Shown here: positions 11,303-20,968 of the stretch, in pieces
Position numbering within the stretch: the first letter of the stretch is position 1
How the letters are laid out: every line of letters starts with the position of its first letter
NCBI GenBank assembly: GCA_963840855.1
Contig: CAWJBB010000072.1
Coordinates: 1-64,000 of the forward strand
From: an uncultured delta proteobacterium
GTDB lineage: Bacteria; Desulfobacterota; Binatia; UBA9968
Reading direction: 5' to 3'
Length of the DNA stretch: 64,000 bases
The notes under the pieces: generated by a model
The model's database searches: none
What the model was told of the DNA's origin: nothing
The model's input: the letters and a program-made list of their open reading frames with translations, nothing else
Made by a program: the position numbers and the translations under genes

Positions 11303-11911
11303 ATGTTGGATCGGACGGTCCGCGCTTGGGTCGCGTTTGCGTTCCTTGCGTATTTTTATGGCTGCGCCAGCGTTGAACCCGTTAAAGTGACTACCGAGCC
11401 CCGCGACCGGCTCGAGGATAAAATCGACAGGCTCATTGAGAACGGCGCAAAATCGCCGGTGCCTCCGCTGACCACCGCTTTTACTGAAGATGAAGTGAAT
11501 CATATTTTGGCCGTCCGCATGAAAGAAATGATGCCCAACGGCTTGAGCGACCCGCGCGTCACTCTGGTCGGAAACGGCGCGCTGGTGGCGCGGGTTTTCG
11601 TCGATATGGATGAATATAAGCGCCGGCGCAAAGGGCGGGGCGGCCTGGGTCCGCTGACGCTAATGTCCGGCAAGCTCCCCGTCACTGCGCGGGGAACATT
11701 GCAAACTGAAGAAGGCCAGGGCCGGTTCAAACTTCACGGGGCGGAGATCAACGGCATACCCTTGCCCGCGCCGCTGGTGCGGGAAATGATCACCTCGTTA
11801 TCGCGCAGCCGGCGCAACCCCGAAGGGTACGACATCGAGAAACCGTTCGCTTTGCCTGCCAACATCCGCAATGTGATTATCAATCCCAACGAGGCCGTGG
11901 TGGCGCAGTAA
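11303..11911 (+). CDS. Hypothetical lipoprotein, copy 2
   Basis: Near-identical to 7361-7969. Confidence 0.65.
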   Translation: MLDRTVRAWVAFAFLAYFYGCASVEPVKVTTEPRDRLEDKIDRLIENGAKSPVPPLTTAFTEDEVNHILAVRMKEMMPNGLSDPRVTLVGNGALVARVFVDMDEYKRRRKGRGGLGPLTLMSGKLPVTARGTLQTEEGQGRFKLHGAEINGIPLPAPLVREMITSLSRSRRNPEGYDIEKPFALPANIRNVIINPNEAVVAQ

Positions 11912-11950
11912 CGGAGCCGCTCACGCCCTCACCATCGACGCAGTCGTGAC

Positions 11951-12078
11951 ATGATGACGCAACGTTTTTGCTGTCTCGTGGTTGCCGTGAGCTTTCTTGC
12001 CGGCGCCGCCGGCGCGCAAGTTCAACTCTTCGAGTCCAGGTCAAAACGCTTGGACGGCGACAAAATGGATATTGTTTT
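11951..12078 (+). pseudogene. 5' fragment of a secreted hypothetical protein
   Basis: Signal peptide MMTQRFCCLVVAVSFLAGAAGA-Q; breaks after MDIV at the repeat junction. Confidence 0.55.
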
Positions 12079-12333
12079 GACGTTGCCCTCACGCCCATCG
12101 GCGGCAATCGCACCATGGGGCCCGACCTGGCGAGAGAAGTCTTGGCTCAACTCAAACCCAAAATCGCGATTCCCATGCATCACCGTGACAATCCCTACCT
12201 GATCAAACAGTTTACCGCAGGTCTCAAGACGCAGATTCTGAAAACCGACACGCTGGCGCTCAGCAAGGATGCTTTGCCACCGCCGACGGAGATCAGAGTC
12301 CTGCAACCCCGCGGCGCCATGAATTATCGTTGA
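12079..12333 (+). pseudogene. 3' fragment of the MBL-fold gene
   Basis: DVALTPIGGNRTMGP...RGAMNYR; nearly identical to 7975-8221. Confidence 0.85.
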
Positions 12334-12412
12334 CGGCGTCAACGAAGCGCGTGATCGTGTTCGTGTTCGTGGAAATCGGGCGTAAGAGAACTATTTTTTG
12401 AATATCTCACGA

Positions 12413-13957
12413 TTAACGCTTCTGTCTCACCGACTTTCCCAATGCAATCAGAAACATCACGCTCTTGCCGGCGCCATGCGGCGAGAAAAACTCCGTGACA
12501 TCGTCGTCGAAGAAGGTGAGCCCAGAGGCGCCGAGGCGCTGGGCATAGGCGGCAAGATAGAGTTTTCCGCCCATGATGCTCGCCTCGAGCTGTGCCGCGC
12601 GATAGCCGCGGTTGCCGAAGCGATCAAAAGCGCGATGGAGGTCCGCGAGAAAGTAAACGTTGACGCTGCAATCCGCCGGGATCGCCTGGCCCAAGCCGAG
12701 ATGTCCCGCTTCACGGCGAAAGTCGCCTTCTTTAAGAAGCTCGAGCGCGCGGGTATCGCGCCGGTAAACATATGAGCCCGGCGGAAGCTCATCGACCGCG
12801 TTGACGATCAAGTACAAGTCATTCAGCGAGTCCTCCAGGTTTAAGAAATCCACTGGTATACCGCGGGTGGTGCGGTCAAGCATCGTGGAGAGTTGCGCGA
12901 ACGTGATCGCCTCGCGTGAAAACTCGCGGGTCGATCCGCGCCGGATAATAACTTCTTCAATTTTATCCTGCGGCATAGCTTCGTCATTGAATGGCTGCAA
13001 CACGATGCTTCGCAGCTCATTTCCGCCTTCATCCTTCGTCCCTCCACCTGTGTTTTCGCCGCGCCAGGCAATGACTTCCTCAGCGCTCGCCAAAGAGGAC
13101 GCTTGATGCATTTCGCGCATCGCTGGGTAATCTACTTCCCTCTTCGATAGTGGCTCGGTCTCAAGCGCGAGGGGCTCTATCGCCGGTGATAGCCCCGCCG
13201 TTTGGGTCGCGGTATGGCCCAACGCGACGAGAGAGAGCGGCGCCTCGCGTTGGTTATCAAGGTTCAACAGCTCGCTTACCGTGGAGTCGACGAATCCCAG
13301 AACGACTTTGGCTGGAAGTCTCCGCGCGGCCGCCGCCGCTAAAAGATTGGCGAGAATCGTGCCACTGTCCCAGAAACAGTGACGATAGGCGCGGGCCTGG
13401 TACTTCCACGCATTACGCCAGAAAGTCGAAGCGCAAATCAGAATTGCCGGCGCGTTCACGATCGAAGGCTGGGCCCCGGCGGCGCTGACGAGCGCGCCCC
13501 GGTAATCGCCTTGCCGGGGTCTTCGCAAGGAGAAGTCCTGAGGGCTGAAGTGATAGACCCCGGCTTCGAGGTCTTCGAGATCGCCGCAGACCAGATAGAG
13601 ATCGATGTGATAGAGCGCGCCCGTGCAAGCGGCGGCGCGAAAAAGCATCTCTCCGCCCGGATAACTCCTGCGCTTGGTAACGCCCGCCGAGAGAAAAAGC
13701 ATTTCCGCTAGAGTTTGGCGCGTCGGCCTGACGACGCCCTGCACATCGACCGCATTCACCGCAATCGCATCCAGTGCGGCCACTCCGGATGACGACAAAT
13801 GCTGATTTAAAGGAATAGGTTCAAGATTGCGGTAAATCTTGAACGGGATGGGTTGAATCTCCCAATCGAGATAGTGCGGGTTGGTCCGGATGCTCTGATA
13901 GGAATGTTTCGTGCCATCATGGTAGGCCCATCCGGCAGCGATTTCACGGTTTTTCAT
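12413..13957 (-). CDS. SagB/ThcOx-family dehydrogenase, copy 3
   Basis: Intact ORF homologous to copy 1. Confidence 0.85.
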   Translation of the reverse strand: MKNREIAAGWAYHDGTKHSYQSIRTNPHYLDWEIQPIPFKIYRNLEPIPLNQHLSSSGVAALDAIAVNAVDVQGVVRPTRQTLAEMLFLSAGVTKRRSYPGGEMLFRAAACTGALYHIDLYLVCGDLEDLEAGVYHFSPQDFSLRRPRQGDYRGALVSAAGAQPSIVNAPAILICASTFWRNAWKYQARAYRHCFWDSGTILANLLAAAAARRLPAKVVLGFVDSTVSELLNLDNQREAPLSLVALGHTATQTAGLSPAIEPLALETEPLSKREVDYPAMREMHQASSLASAEEVIAWRGENTGGGTKDEGGNELRSIVLQPFNDEAMPQDKIEEVIIRRGSTREFSREAITFAQLSTMLDRTTRGIPVDFLNLEDSLNDLYLIVNAVDELPPGSYVYRRDTRALELLKEGDFRREAGHLGLGQAIPADCSVNVYFLADLHRAFDRFGNRGYRAAQLEASIMGGKLYLAAYAQRLGASGLTFFDDDVTEFFSPHGAGKSVMFLIALGKSVRQKR

Positions 13958-14338
13958 ATCTTTCCTCCCGCTTCTTGAATCAGAACTTATCACTGCGAAG
14001 ACTACCGTCACTAGCAGTTTGTTGACAAATCCATTCATTCTTCGACACAGCAGGCGGAGCATCTTGAAACCATTGAAATTTTTTCATTCACGCTGAGATC
14101 GTCGAAGGGGTCAGTTTTTTGCAGCCGGCGCGTTGTCCGCCTGCGACCCTCAGCGAATTTGCTACTTCCCATCGTTCCAGCGACCGGTTATACTTATCGC
14201 TGATCTAAAAGACTTTTGGTCTTTCACCGTGTTCGGCATGAAGAGCTAGGCACCCCTCGCCGCTTGATACTCATGGGAAAAATGCCAGATAACACCTCGA
14301 AACGTAAAGTTTGTCTCGCGAAGAATTAAAGGAGAACG

Positions 14339-15334
14339 ATGAACCGATTTGCTCTTTCTCTCGTCAACGGCCTGCTGGCACTTACGCTACTGCTTACCCA
14401 CCCCTGTTGGGCTAACTCCGAGAAGCCGCTCATGGTAGGGGTCGCCGGACCGGCGATCAATATGGTCTACTCCTTTGTCACCCGGGATGCCGGGTTTTGG
14501 CAAAAGTACGGGCTTGATGCGCGTGTAATCGTCTTTGAATCCGGCTCCATTTTGGCTCAAGCCGCACTTGCCGGGGAGGTCAAGTTCTCGATTTCCTCAG
14601 GACCGGCGACCATCGCTTCGCGCACCCAGGGCGCGGATTCCATAATCATCGCTGCCGCGGTTAACACTCTGCCTTACAGCGTCGTTGCCGCCAAACAGAT
14701 TACCAAGTGGGACCAGCTCAAGGGTAAAAAAGTCGCCATCAGCCGTTTTGGCTCGGGAACGGACACGGCCATGCGCATGGTGCTCAAGAAATTCGGCATG
14801 GACCCGGCTAAAGATGTAACCATTTTGCAGGTCGGCACGCAGCCCGCTCGAGTCCAAGCACTGGCCGCGGGTGCCATCGATGCCACGCTCATTTCCCCAC
14901 CCTTGGATCTCGCCGCGAAAAAGCAAGGCTATAATATTCTCGTCAACATCGCTGATCTCGGTATTCCCTATCCTCAAACGGTGATCGAAACCACCGATCG
15001 TTTTATCAAAGAAAACCCCCAGAGCGTAAAACACTTTCTGAAAGGTTTCCTCGAAGGCGTGCGCTATGCCGCCACCCACCGGGACCATACCAAGAAAGTT
15101 ATTACCAAGTATTTGATGACGGCCGACCCTGAAGTAGTCGAAGCGACCTACGAGAGCTACCTGCAGGTCACCGATTACAGCGGTTACCCGAATCTGGAAG
15201 GTATTCGCAATGCCATCGACGAAGTGGCGCAACGCGTACCGGCGGCCAAGCACAAACGGCCCGAAGAGTTTGTCAACACGCGCTTTTTGAAGGAACTCGA
15301 AAAAGACGGTTTCTTCAAAGAGCTGCACCCATAA
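14339..15334 (+). CDS. ABC substrate-binding protein, copy 3
   Basis: 331 aa; near-identical to copy 1. Confidence 0.88.
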   Translation: MNRFALSLVNGLLALTLLLTHPCWANSEKPLMVGVAGPAINMVYSFVTRDAGFWQKYGLDARVIVFESGSILAQAALAGEVKFSISSGPATIASRTQGADSIIIAAAVNTLPYSVVAAKQITKWDQLKGKKVAISRFGSGTDTAMRMVLKKFGMDPAKDVTILQVGTQPARVQALAAGAIDATLISPPLDLAAKKQGYNILVNIADLGIPYPQTVIETTDRFIKENPQSVKHFLKGFLEGVRYAATHRDHTKKVITKYLMTADPEVVEATYESYLQVTDYSGYPNLEGIRNAIDEVAQRVPAAKHKRPEEFVNTRFLKELEKDGFFKELHP

Positions 15335-15411
15335 TGTAGCTCCGGAGTTATTATCCTACCGTCAAAACCGCGAGCTTGTCGGCAACGCGACAAGCTCCTA
15401 TTATATTAACC

Positions 15412-16019
15412 ATGTTGGATCGGACGGTCCGCGCTTGGCTCACGTTTGCGTTCCTTGCGCATTTTTCTGGCTGCGCCAGCGTTGAACCCGTTAAAGTGAC
15501 TACCAAGCCCCGCGCCGGGCTCGAGGATAGAATCCACGGGCTCATTGAGAACGGGGCAAAATCGCCGGTGCCCCGCTGACCACCACTTTTACTGAGGATG
15601 AAGTGAATCATATTTTGGCCGTCCGCATGAAAGAAATAATACCCAACGGCTTGAGCGACCCGCGCGTCACTCTGGTCGGAAACGGCGCGCTGGTGGCGCG
15701 GGTTTTCGTCGATATGGATGAATATAAGCGCCGGCGCAAAGGGCGGGGCGGCCTGGGTCCGTTGACGCTAATGTCCGGCAAGCTCCCCGTCACTGCGCGG
15801 GGAACATTGCAAACTGAAGAAGGCCAGGGCCGGTTCAAACTTCACGAGGCGGAGGTCAACGGCATACCCTTGCCCGCGCCGCTGGTGCGGGAAATGATCA
15901 CCTCGTTATCGCGCAGCCGGCGCAACCCCGAAGGGTACGACATCGAGAAACCGTTCGCTTTGCCTGCCAACATCCGCAATGTGATTATCAATCCCAACGA
16001 GGCCGTGGTGACGCAGTAA
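15412..16019 (+). CDS. Hypothetical lipoprotein, copy 3 (frameshift near 15572)
   Basis: ORFs 15376-15579 and 15603-16019 align with copies 1 and 2. Confidence 0.62.
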
Positions 16020-16058
16020 CGGAGCCGCTCGCGCCCTCACCATCGGCGCAGCCGTGAC

Positions 16059-16185
16059 ATGATGACGCAACGTTTTTGCTGTCTTGTGGTTGCCGTGAGC
16101 TTTCTTGCCGGCGCCGCCGGCGCGCAGGTTCAACACTTCGAGTCCAGGTCAAAACGCTTGGACGGCGACAAAATGGATATTGTTT
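16059..16185 (+). pseudogene. 5' fragment of the secreted hypothetical protein, second copy
   Basis: Matches 11951-12078; similarity ends at gatattgttt. Confidence 0.5.
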
Positions 16186-16199
16186 CCTGCATGGTGAAG

Positions 16200-16276
16200 C
16201 TGGCAGATATCTTCGGCATATCGAAATCTTCGATGGTCATCGGATCATGAACTTTGTGCAAGACCGCTGCTTTCAT
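16200..16276 (-). pseudogene. N-terminal remnant of a Zn-dependent (MDR) alcohol dehydrogenase
   Basis: GGAGG RBS followed by MKAAVLHKVHDPMTIEDFDMPKISA, a typical MDR start; similarity is then lost. Confidence 0.6.
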
Positions 16277-16362
16277 TGCGCTGGCCTCCTTTTGGTAGGA
16301 ACTGGCGCGATCCTACTACAACCGGAAGCAAAATTGTCAACCGAGGGGCGCCGGTGGAGTTG

Positions 16363-17610
16363 TTACCACGCTGGGCGTTTCGCGAGGAACATGAGCAGCA
16401 GCGACAACAAACTGACAATGGAGAAAATGGCAAAGGCAATCGCATAGCTGTGGGTGAGATCGTACAGGAAACCCGCAAGAATCGGTCCCATGAAAGTACC
16501 GATGGTCGTCACGGTCCGGCTGACGCCCTGAATCGTCGCGAACGCCTTCGTGCCGAAATAGTCGGCCCGAATCGGCTCCTGCAACGACGCGAGGCCGCCG
16601 TAAGCAAGCGAATAGATGATCATGCACGGCGTGAACACCAGCGCCACCGCGCTGTAACCCATCAGCAAGACGGAGAAGCTCAGCGCCAGCAGCAATCCCA
16701 TGATTAATTTTCGCTTGTCCGCAAGATCGCCCAACCAGCCCATGCCAATGCGCGCCGGCGCGCCGATCAGCGCGGACACTCCGAGCAGACTGCTCGCCGC
16801 TTCCGTGCTCCATCCCCGATCCACCAGTAAAATAACGAAGTGCACCGACACCCCTTCGGTGACCATATGGCGCAGCGCCATCGAGACGGAGAGAAACCAA
16901 AAAGCGTTGAGGTGCAACACTTCTTTTAAGGTAAACTGCGGGTCTAAAGATCTGCGGGCTGCCGGTGCTACTCCGGCTTTAGTTGCTGACGGGAACTCAG
17001 CGTCTGTTTCTTCCGCCCGTGCGATCTTATTGATCAGATAGGCAATCGGCAGGCTCGTCGCTAAGAGCATGCAGCCCGAGAGCACCGCGGCCGTGCGCCA
17101 GCCCCACCCAACGATCATCGCGCCGACCAACGGCACCAGCGCGCCGGACAATCCCGGGCCCATGCGAAAAATGCCGAACGCAAAGCTCCGTCGCTCGCGA
17201 AAAATCTTCGCAATCAGCAAGCTGATCGGCATGTGAAAACCGAGACTCGAACCGAGCACGATGCCCAATACGATGGCGCCGTAGAGCATCGGCAACGAAT
17301 TTACGAAACTGAGCGAGATAAAACCTAGAAAACAGATGACAATGCCGATGAACATAATCCGCCGAGGGCCGAAACGATCGACGAAATACCCTTCGATGGG
17401 ACCCAAGAGGCCGGACTCTATCCGCGCCAGCGAAAACGCCCCCGAGATCGCGGTCCGGCTCCAGCCAAACTCACGCTCGAAGGAAGGAAAGAACGCGCTC
17501 AGGCCGAAATAGGCGAAACCCGTATTCACGGCATGGGTGATGCAGCCGAGGATGACCAGCCACCATTTGCGGTCCATGAAGAAGGCGCTCCGATGTTGAA
17601 CCAGAATCAT
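16363..17610 (-). CDS. MFS transporter (OFA/monocarboxylate-like)
   Basis: About 12 TM segments; EFGWSRTAISGAFS and GYFVDRFGPRR; start may be ATG 17577. Confidence 0.88.
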   Translation of the reverse strand: MILVQHRSAFFMDRKWWLVILGCITHAVNTGFAYFGLSAFFPSFEREFGWSRTAISGAFSLARIESGLLGPIEGYFVDRFGPRRIMFIGIVICFLGFISLSFVNSLPMLYGAIVLGIVLGSSLGFHMPISLLIAKIFRERRSFAFGIFRMGPGLSGALVPLVGAMIVGWGWRTAAVLSGCMLLATSLPIAYLINKIARAEETDAEFPSATKAGVAPAARRSLDPQFTLKEVLHLNAFWFLSVSMALRHMVTEGVSVHFVILLVDRGWSTEAASSLLGVSALIGAPARIGMGWLGDLADKRKLIMGLLLALSFSVLLMGYSAVALVFTPCMIIYSLAYGGLASLQEPIRADYFGTKAFATIQGVSRTVTTIGTFMGPILAGFLYDLTHSYAIAFAIFSIVSLLSLLLMFLAKRPAW

Positions 17611-17951
17611 GTTACTCGAATTTGGAATCGATGCAGATTAGCGCAAACGCACCTGGTAAGAAAGCGTGTAGAGCGCAGACGAGCTTGCACGCGAGCTGAT
17701 CTTTTTCGGCTGACTTTCGCCGCAAAAGTTGCGACGGTTATGTTTTCAATGTAGCTTGGTGCGGGCGGTCGCGGCCGCCGCCAGTTCAATAATCTTTACT
17801 GACCGAGTAGTTGATAGAATCGTATTCCTATAAGGCAACCACGCCAGCATCGCAGCACTGCCCTGCGGCAGCGCTCGCAGTTTTTCTGGCTTGACGTGAA
17901 ATCTCGCGCATCCATCAGCTTACCGTAAACGAGTCGTTAGGAGCACAGAAC

Positions 17952-19670
17952 GTGCCGCATAGCATTAGCTTGATCACCACCATTGCCGCTGCGCTCGGGC
18001 TTGCTCTGGTCTTTGGCTTTATCGCTGCCCGCCTCAAGCTGCCGCCGCTGGTCGGTTACCTGATAGCCGGCATCATTCTTGGCCCCGCCACGCCCGGGTT
18101 CGTCGCCGATATCGAGCTATCGAGCCAGCTCGCCGAGATCGGCGTCATGCTGTTGATGTTCGGCGTCGGCTTGCATTTTTCCCTCGACGATTTGTTAGCG
18201 GTTCGCCATATCGCTTTGCCCGGCGCCATCGTCCAGATCGTCGTGGCCACTTTGCTCGGCATGGGTGTCACTGCTTTTTGGGGCTGGAGTGTTGCCGCTG
18301 GGGTCGTGTTCGGGCTCGCTCTTTCCGTTGCCAGCACGGTGGTGCTCCTCAAGGCGCTGGAAAGTCGCGGCGTTCTGGAAACCGTCAACGGCCGCATCGC
18401 CGTCGGTTGGCTGGTCGTCGAAGACCTCGTGACGGTGTTGGTGCTGGTGTTGCTCCCGCCGCTTTCGCTCTGGTTCGGCGGCGACGCACCGGATCACGCT
18501 CTGAAGACCGGCGATCGAAGCTTGCTGACTACGGTCGCGCTCACCCTCGGTCAGGTAGCGATTTTCATCGGCCTCATGTTGGTGGTCGGGCGGCGTCTCT
18601 TCCCAAAACTGCTCTGGCAGGTCGCGCGCACCGGTTCGCGGGAACTTTTCACTCTGTGCGTCATCGCCGCTGCCGTCGGCATCGCCTACGGTTCCGCCGC
18701 GCTGTTCGGCGTCTCCTTCGCTCTCGGCGCTTTTTTCGCCGGCGTGGTTATGAGCGAATCGCCTCTAAGCTATCGGGCGGCGGAAGAGTCTCTGCCGTTC
18801 AGGGACGCGTTCTCGGTTTTGTTTTTCGTTTCCGTCGGCATGCTCTTCGACCCCCAGGTCCTGGTTCGCGAGCCGTTTCATGTAGTCGTAGTGGTTGCGA
18901 TTATCATGGTGGGCAAATCACTGGCCGCCTTTTTTCTCGTTTTGCTTTTCCGCTATCCGCTCAACACGGCGCTTACGGTATCGGCGAGCCTCGCCCAGAT
19001 CGGCGAGTTTTCCTTCATCCTGGCCGGACTGGGACTTTCCTTGGGCCTATTGCCCGCCGAAGGCCAGAGCCTTGTTCTCGCCGGGGCAATTATCTCGATC
19101 GCGTTTAATCCGCTGGTATTCCACACCATCGAACCGGCGCAGGCCTGGATTCGTTCGCGCTCGAAGCTGGCCCAAGCTTTGGAACGTCCCGATGATCCGC
19201 TCGCGGCGCTGCCAATGAACGTCGACCTCAAGCGCCTTACCGGACAGGTCGTGTTGGTGGGCTATGGCCGGGTTGGCCGGCGCATCGGCGAGGCGCTTGC
19301 GGCAAAGGGCATCCCATTCACCGTGGCCGAAGAAAATCGTGAGATCGTCGAGCAGCTGCGCGCGCGCGATATCCCCGCGGTCTCCGGCGATGCCTCCGAT
19401 CCCGCCGTTCTCATTCAAGCCCATATCCACCGCGCGCGCATGCTGGTAATCGCCACCCCGGACACACTCAACGTGCGCCGCATGATCGAGATCGCGCGCA
19501 CCGTCAACCCGCGCATCGAGACGGTCGTCCGCACCCATAGCGAAGAAGAAGCCGAGCTCCTCGAAAAGGAAAAAGCCGGCAAAGTATTCCTCGGCGAACA
19601 CGAGCTCGCCGCCGCCATGACTCACCACGTGATGGAGCGATTCGCAACCGGAAACGAGCAGCACAAATGA
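17952..19670 (+). CDS. ybaL: CPA2 cation:proton antiporter with TrkA-N domain (YbaL/RosB-like)
   Basis: LAEIGVMLLMFGVGLHFS, SVASTVV and VGYGRVG; N-terminus resembles YbaL. Confidence 0.85.
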   Translation: MPHSISLITTIAAALGLALVFGFIAARLKLPPLVGYLIAGIILGPATPGFVADIELSSQLAEIGVMLLMFGVGLHFSLDDLLAVRHIALPGAIVQIVVATLLGMGVTAFWGWSVAAGVVFGLALSVASTVVLLKALESRGVLETVNGRIAVGWLVVEDLVTVLVLVLLPPLSLWFGGDAPDHALKTGDRSLLTTVALTLGQVAIFIGLMLVVGRRLFPKLLWQVARTGSRELFTLCVIAAAVGIAYGSAALFGVSFALGAFFAGVVMSESPLSYRAAEESLPFRDAFSVLFFVSVGMLFDPQVLVREPFHVVVVVAIIMVGKSLAAFFLVLLFRYPLNTALTVSASLAQIGEFSFILAGLGLSLGLLPAEGQSLVLAGAIISIAFNPLVFHTIEPAQAWIRSRSKLAQALERPDDPLAALPMNVDLKRLTGQVVLVGYGRVGRRIGEALAAKGIPFTVAEENREIVEQLRARDIPAVSGDASDPAVLIQAHIHRARMLVIATPDTLNVRRMIEIARTVNPRIETVVRTHSEEEAELLEKEKAGKVFLGEHELAAAMTHHVMERFATGNEQHK

Positions 19671-19835
19671 CCTCTAGGGCACTTGTCCATGAGCGTTTCT
19701 TCCTCGCTCGCTGCTCCACCACCCAGTTTGCAGGCTCCCTCAAGGTACCGGCTCATTTCCGCCAGAGGCGGATCAGCCTCCGGCTTAGCCTTCGCAACCG
19801 AAGAGGCTTGCTCCGTGGTCAATCTTCCATGAATA

Positions 19836-20849
19836 ATGCAGGATAGTATGTTGCATTTGTACAAGCCTTTGAGGTGGAGGGTAGTGTCGGCGCGGCTGCT
19901 AGTAGTCGTTGGCCTGAGCAGCGCTCTGTTAATTCTGAGCGTTGAGACGTTCCACAGATTCAAGGCATCCCATCGAGCTTTCGGCGGAGCCCAGGAACTT
20001 CCCCAGTTCCGGCGCGGCGCACGCGACAATCTCTCGACCTTTGTAATCGATCCTGACTTCGGTTTCCGGCCTATACTTCCCAGTGGTAGTTACACGCGCT
20101 TTGGAACGCTCGCCAACGGCTATGCTGAAGCCAAGCGCCCGGGGGTGACTCGGCTTTTGTTCATCGGCGACTCCGTCACGCGTCGTGGTCACATCGTCGA
20201 GGCCCTCAAAAGTCAGTACGGCTCGCAGGGGTATGAGTACTGGAATGCGGGAGTCGAGTCCTTCAATACCGTGCAGGAACTCGGGTATTACAGGCGATTC
20301 AATCGAGCTATTCAACCAGATCACGTCATCCTTACGTTCCACCTCAACGACTTCGAGACGACGCCAGTCGCGTTTCGGGAAGCCGACGGAACCTTGGTCG
20401 TCTACGCGCCCAACTGGCCGGTTCGGCGGCTGAATCCGTGGCTTTTCCAGCACAGTTATACGTATCGTTACTGGCTCGGACTCGTAACCCCAAGAAAGAC
20501 CGCGCGCTCTGAGATCATCGAAGAGGTGCGCGCAAGCCTCGCGGACTTGCAGCGCGTGGTTGCCGTTGATAATGCCCGTGTGACGGTGTTGGTTTTGCCG
20601 ATTTTGCGACCATTGGCCGACTGGAAGCCCGAGTACAAAGAGTACCGGCGCATGATTCTAGGGATGCTGGAGTCCCTACGCATCCGTCATTTCGATTTGC
20701 TAATGCCTCTGAACGAGGCTTTGGCAGATGGCGCCGTGGTGACCGAGACTGGCGACGACCTTTTCTGGCACCCAAGCCCTGATGTTGCCTCATACTTCGC
20801 CAAGTATCTCCGAAAAAAACAACTTCTTGAGGAAGTGGAGGCTCCTTGA
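19836..20849 (+). CDS. Membrane-anchored SGNH/GDSL hydrolase-like protein
   Basis: FIGDSVT, WNAGV, LND and WHPS blocks. Confidence 0.75.
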   Translation: MQDSMLHLYKPLRWRVVSARLLVVVGLSSALLILSVETFHRFKASHRAFGGAQELPQFRRGARDNLSTFVIDPDFGFRPILPSGSYTRFGTLANGYAEAKRPGVTRLLFIGDSVTRRGHIVEALKSQYGSQGYEYWNAGVESFNTVQELGYYRRFNRAIQPDHVILTFHLNDFETTPVAFREADGTLVVYAPNWPVRRLNPWLFQHSYTYRYWLGLVTPRKTARSEIIEEVRASLADLQRVVAVDNARVTVLVLPILRPLADWKPEYKEYRRMILGMLESLRIRHFDLLMPLNEALADGAVVTETGDDLFWHPSPDVASYFAKYLRKKQLLEEVEAP

Positions 20850-20968
20850 AATTGCTTCTGGGATACCGGGAAAATTGTTGGCCAAGGGTCGTTGACGTTA
20901 TGATGCGCAACGCTATGATGCTCACATGAGTCTACCCAAATGAGGGACTGGTCCATTCACGGTGCAAA

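Larger units (their letters stand above)
4197..16185. repeat. Imperfect tandem triplication of a ~3.8-4.1 kb unit (approx. 4197-7971, 7975-12078, 12079-16185)
   Basis: Same gene set and order three times; high but incomplete nucleotide identity. Confidence 0.95.

Noticed and set aside
4458-13957. Possible RiPP (azole peptide) cluster
   Set aside because: No YcaO, precursor peptide, or linked protease/exporter seen.
4197-16185. Diversity-generating retroelement or shufflon as cause of copy variation
   Set aside because: No reverse transcriptase or recombinase; substitutions are spread throughout and not adenine-specific.
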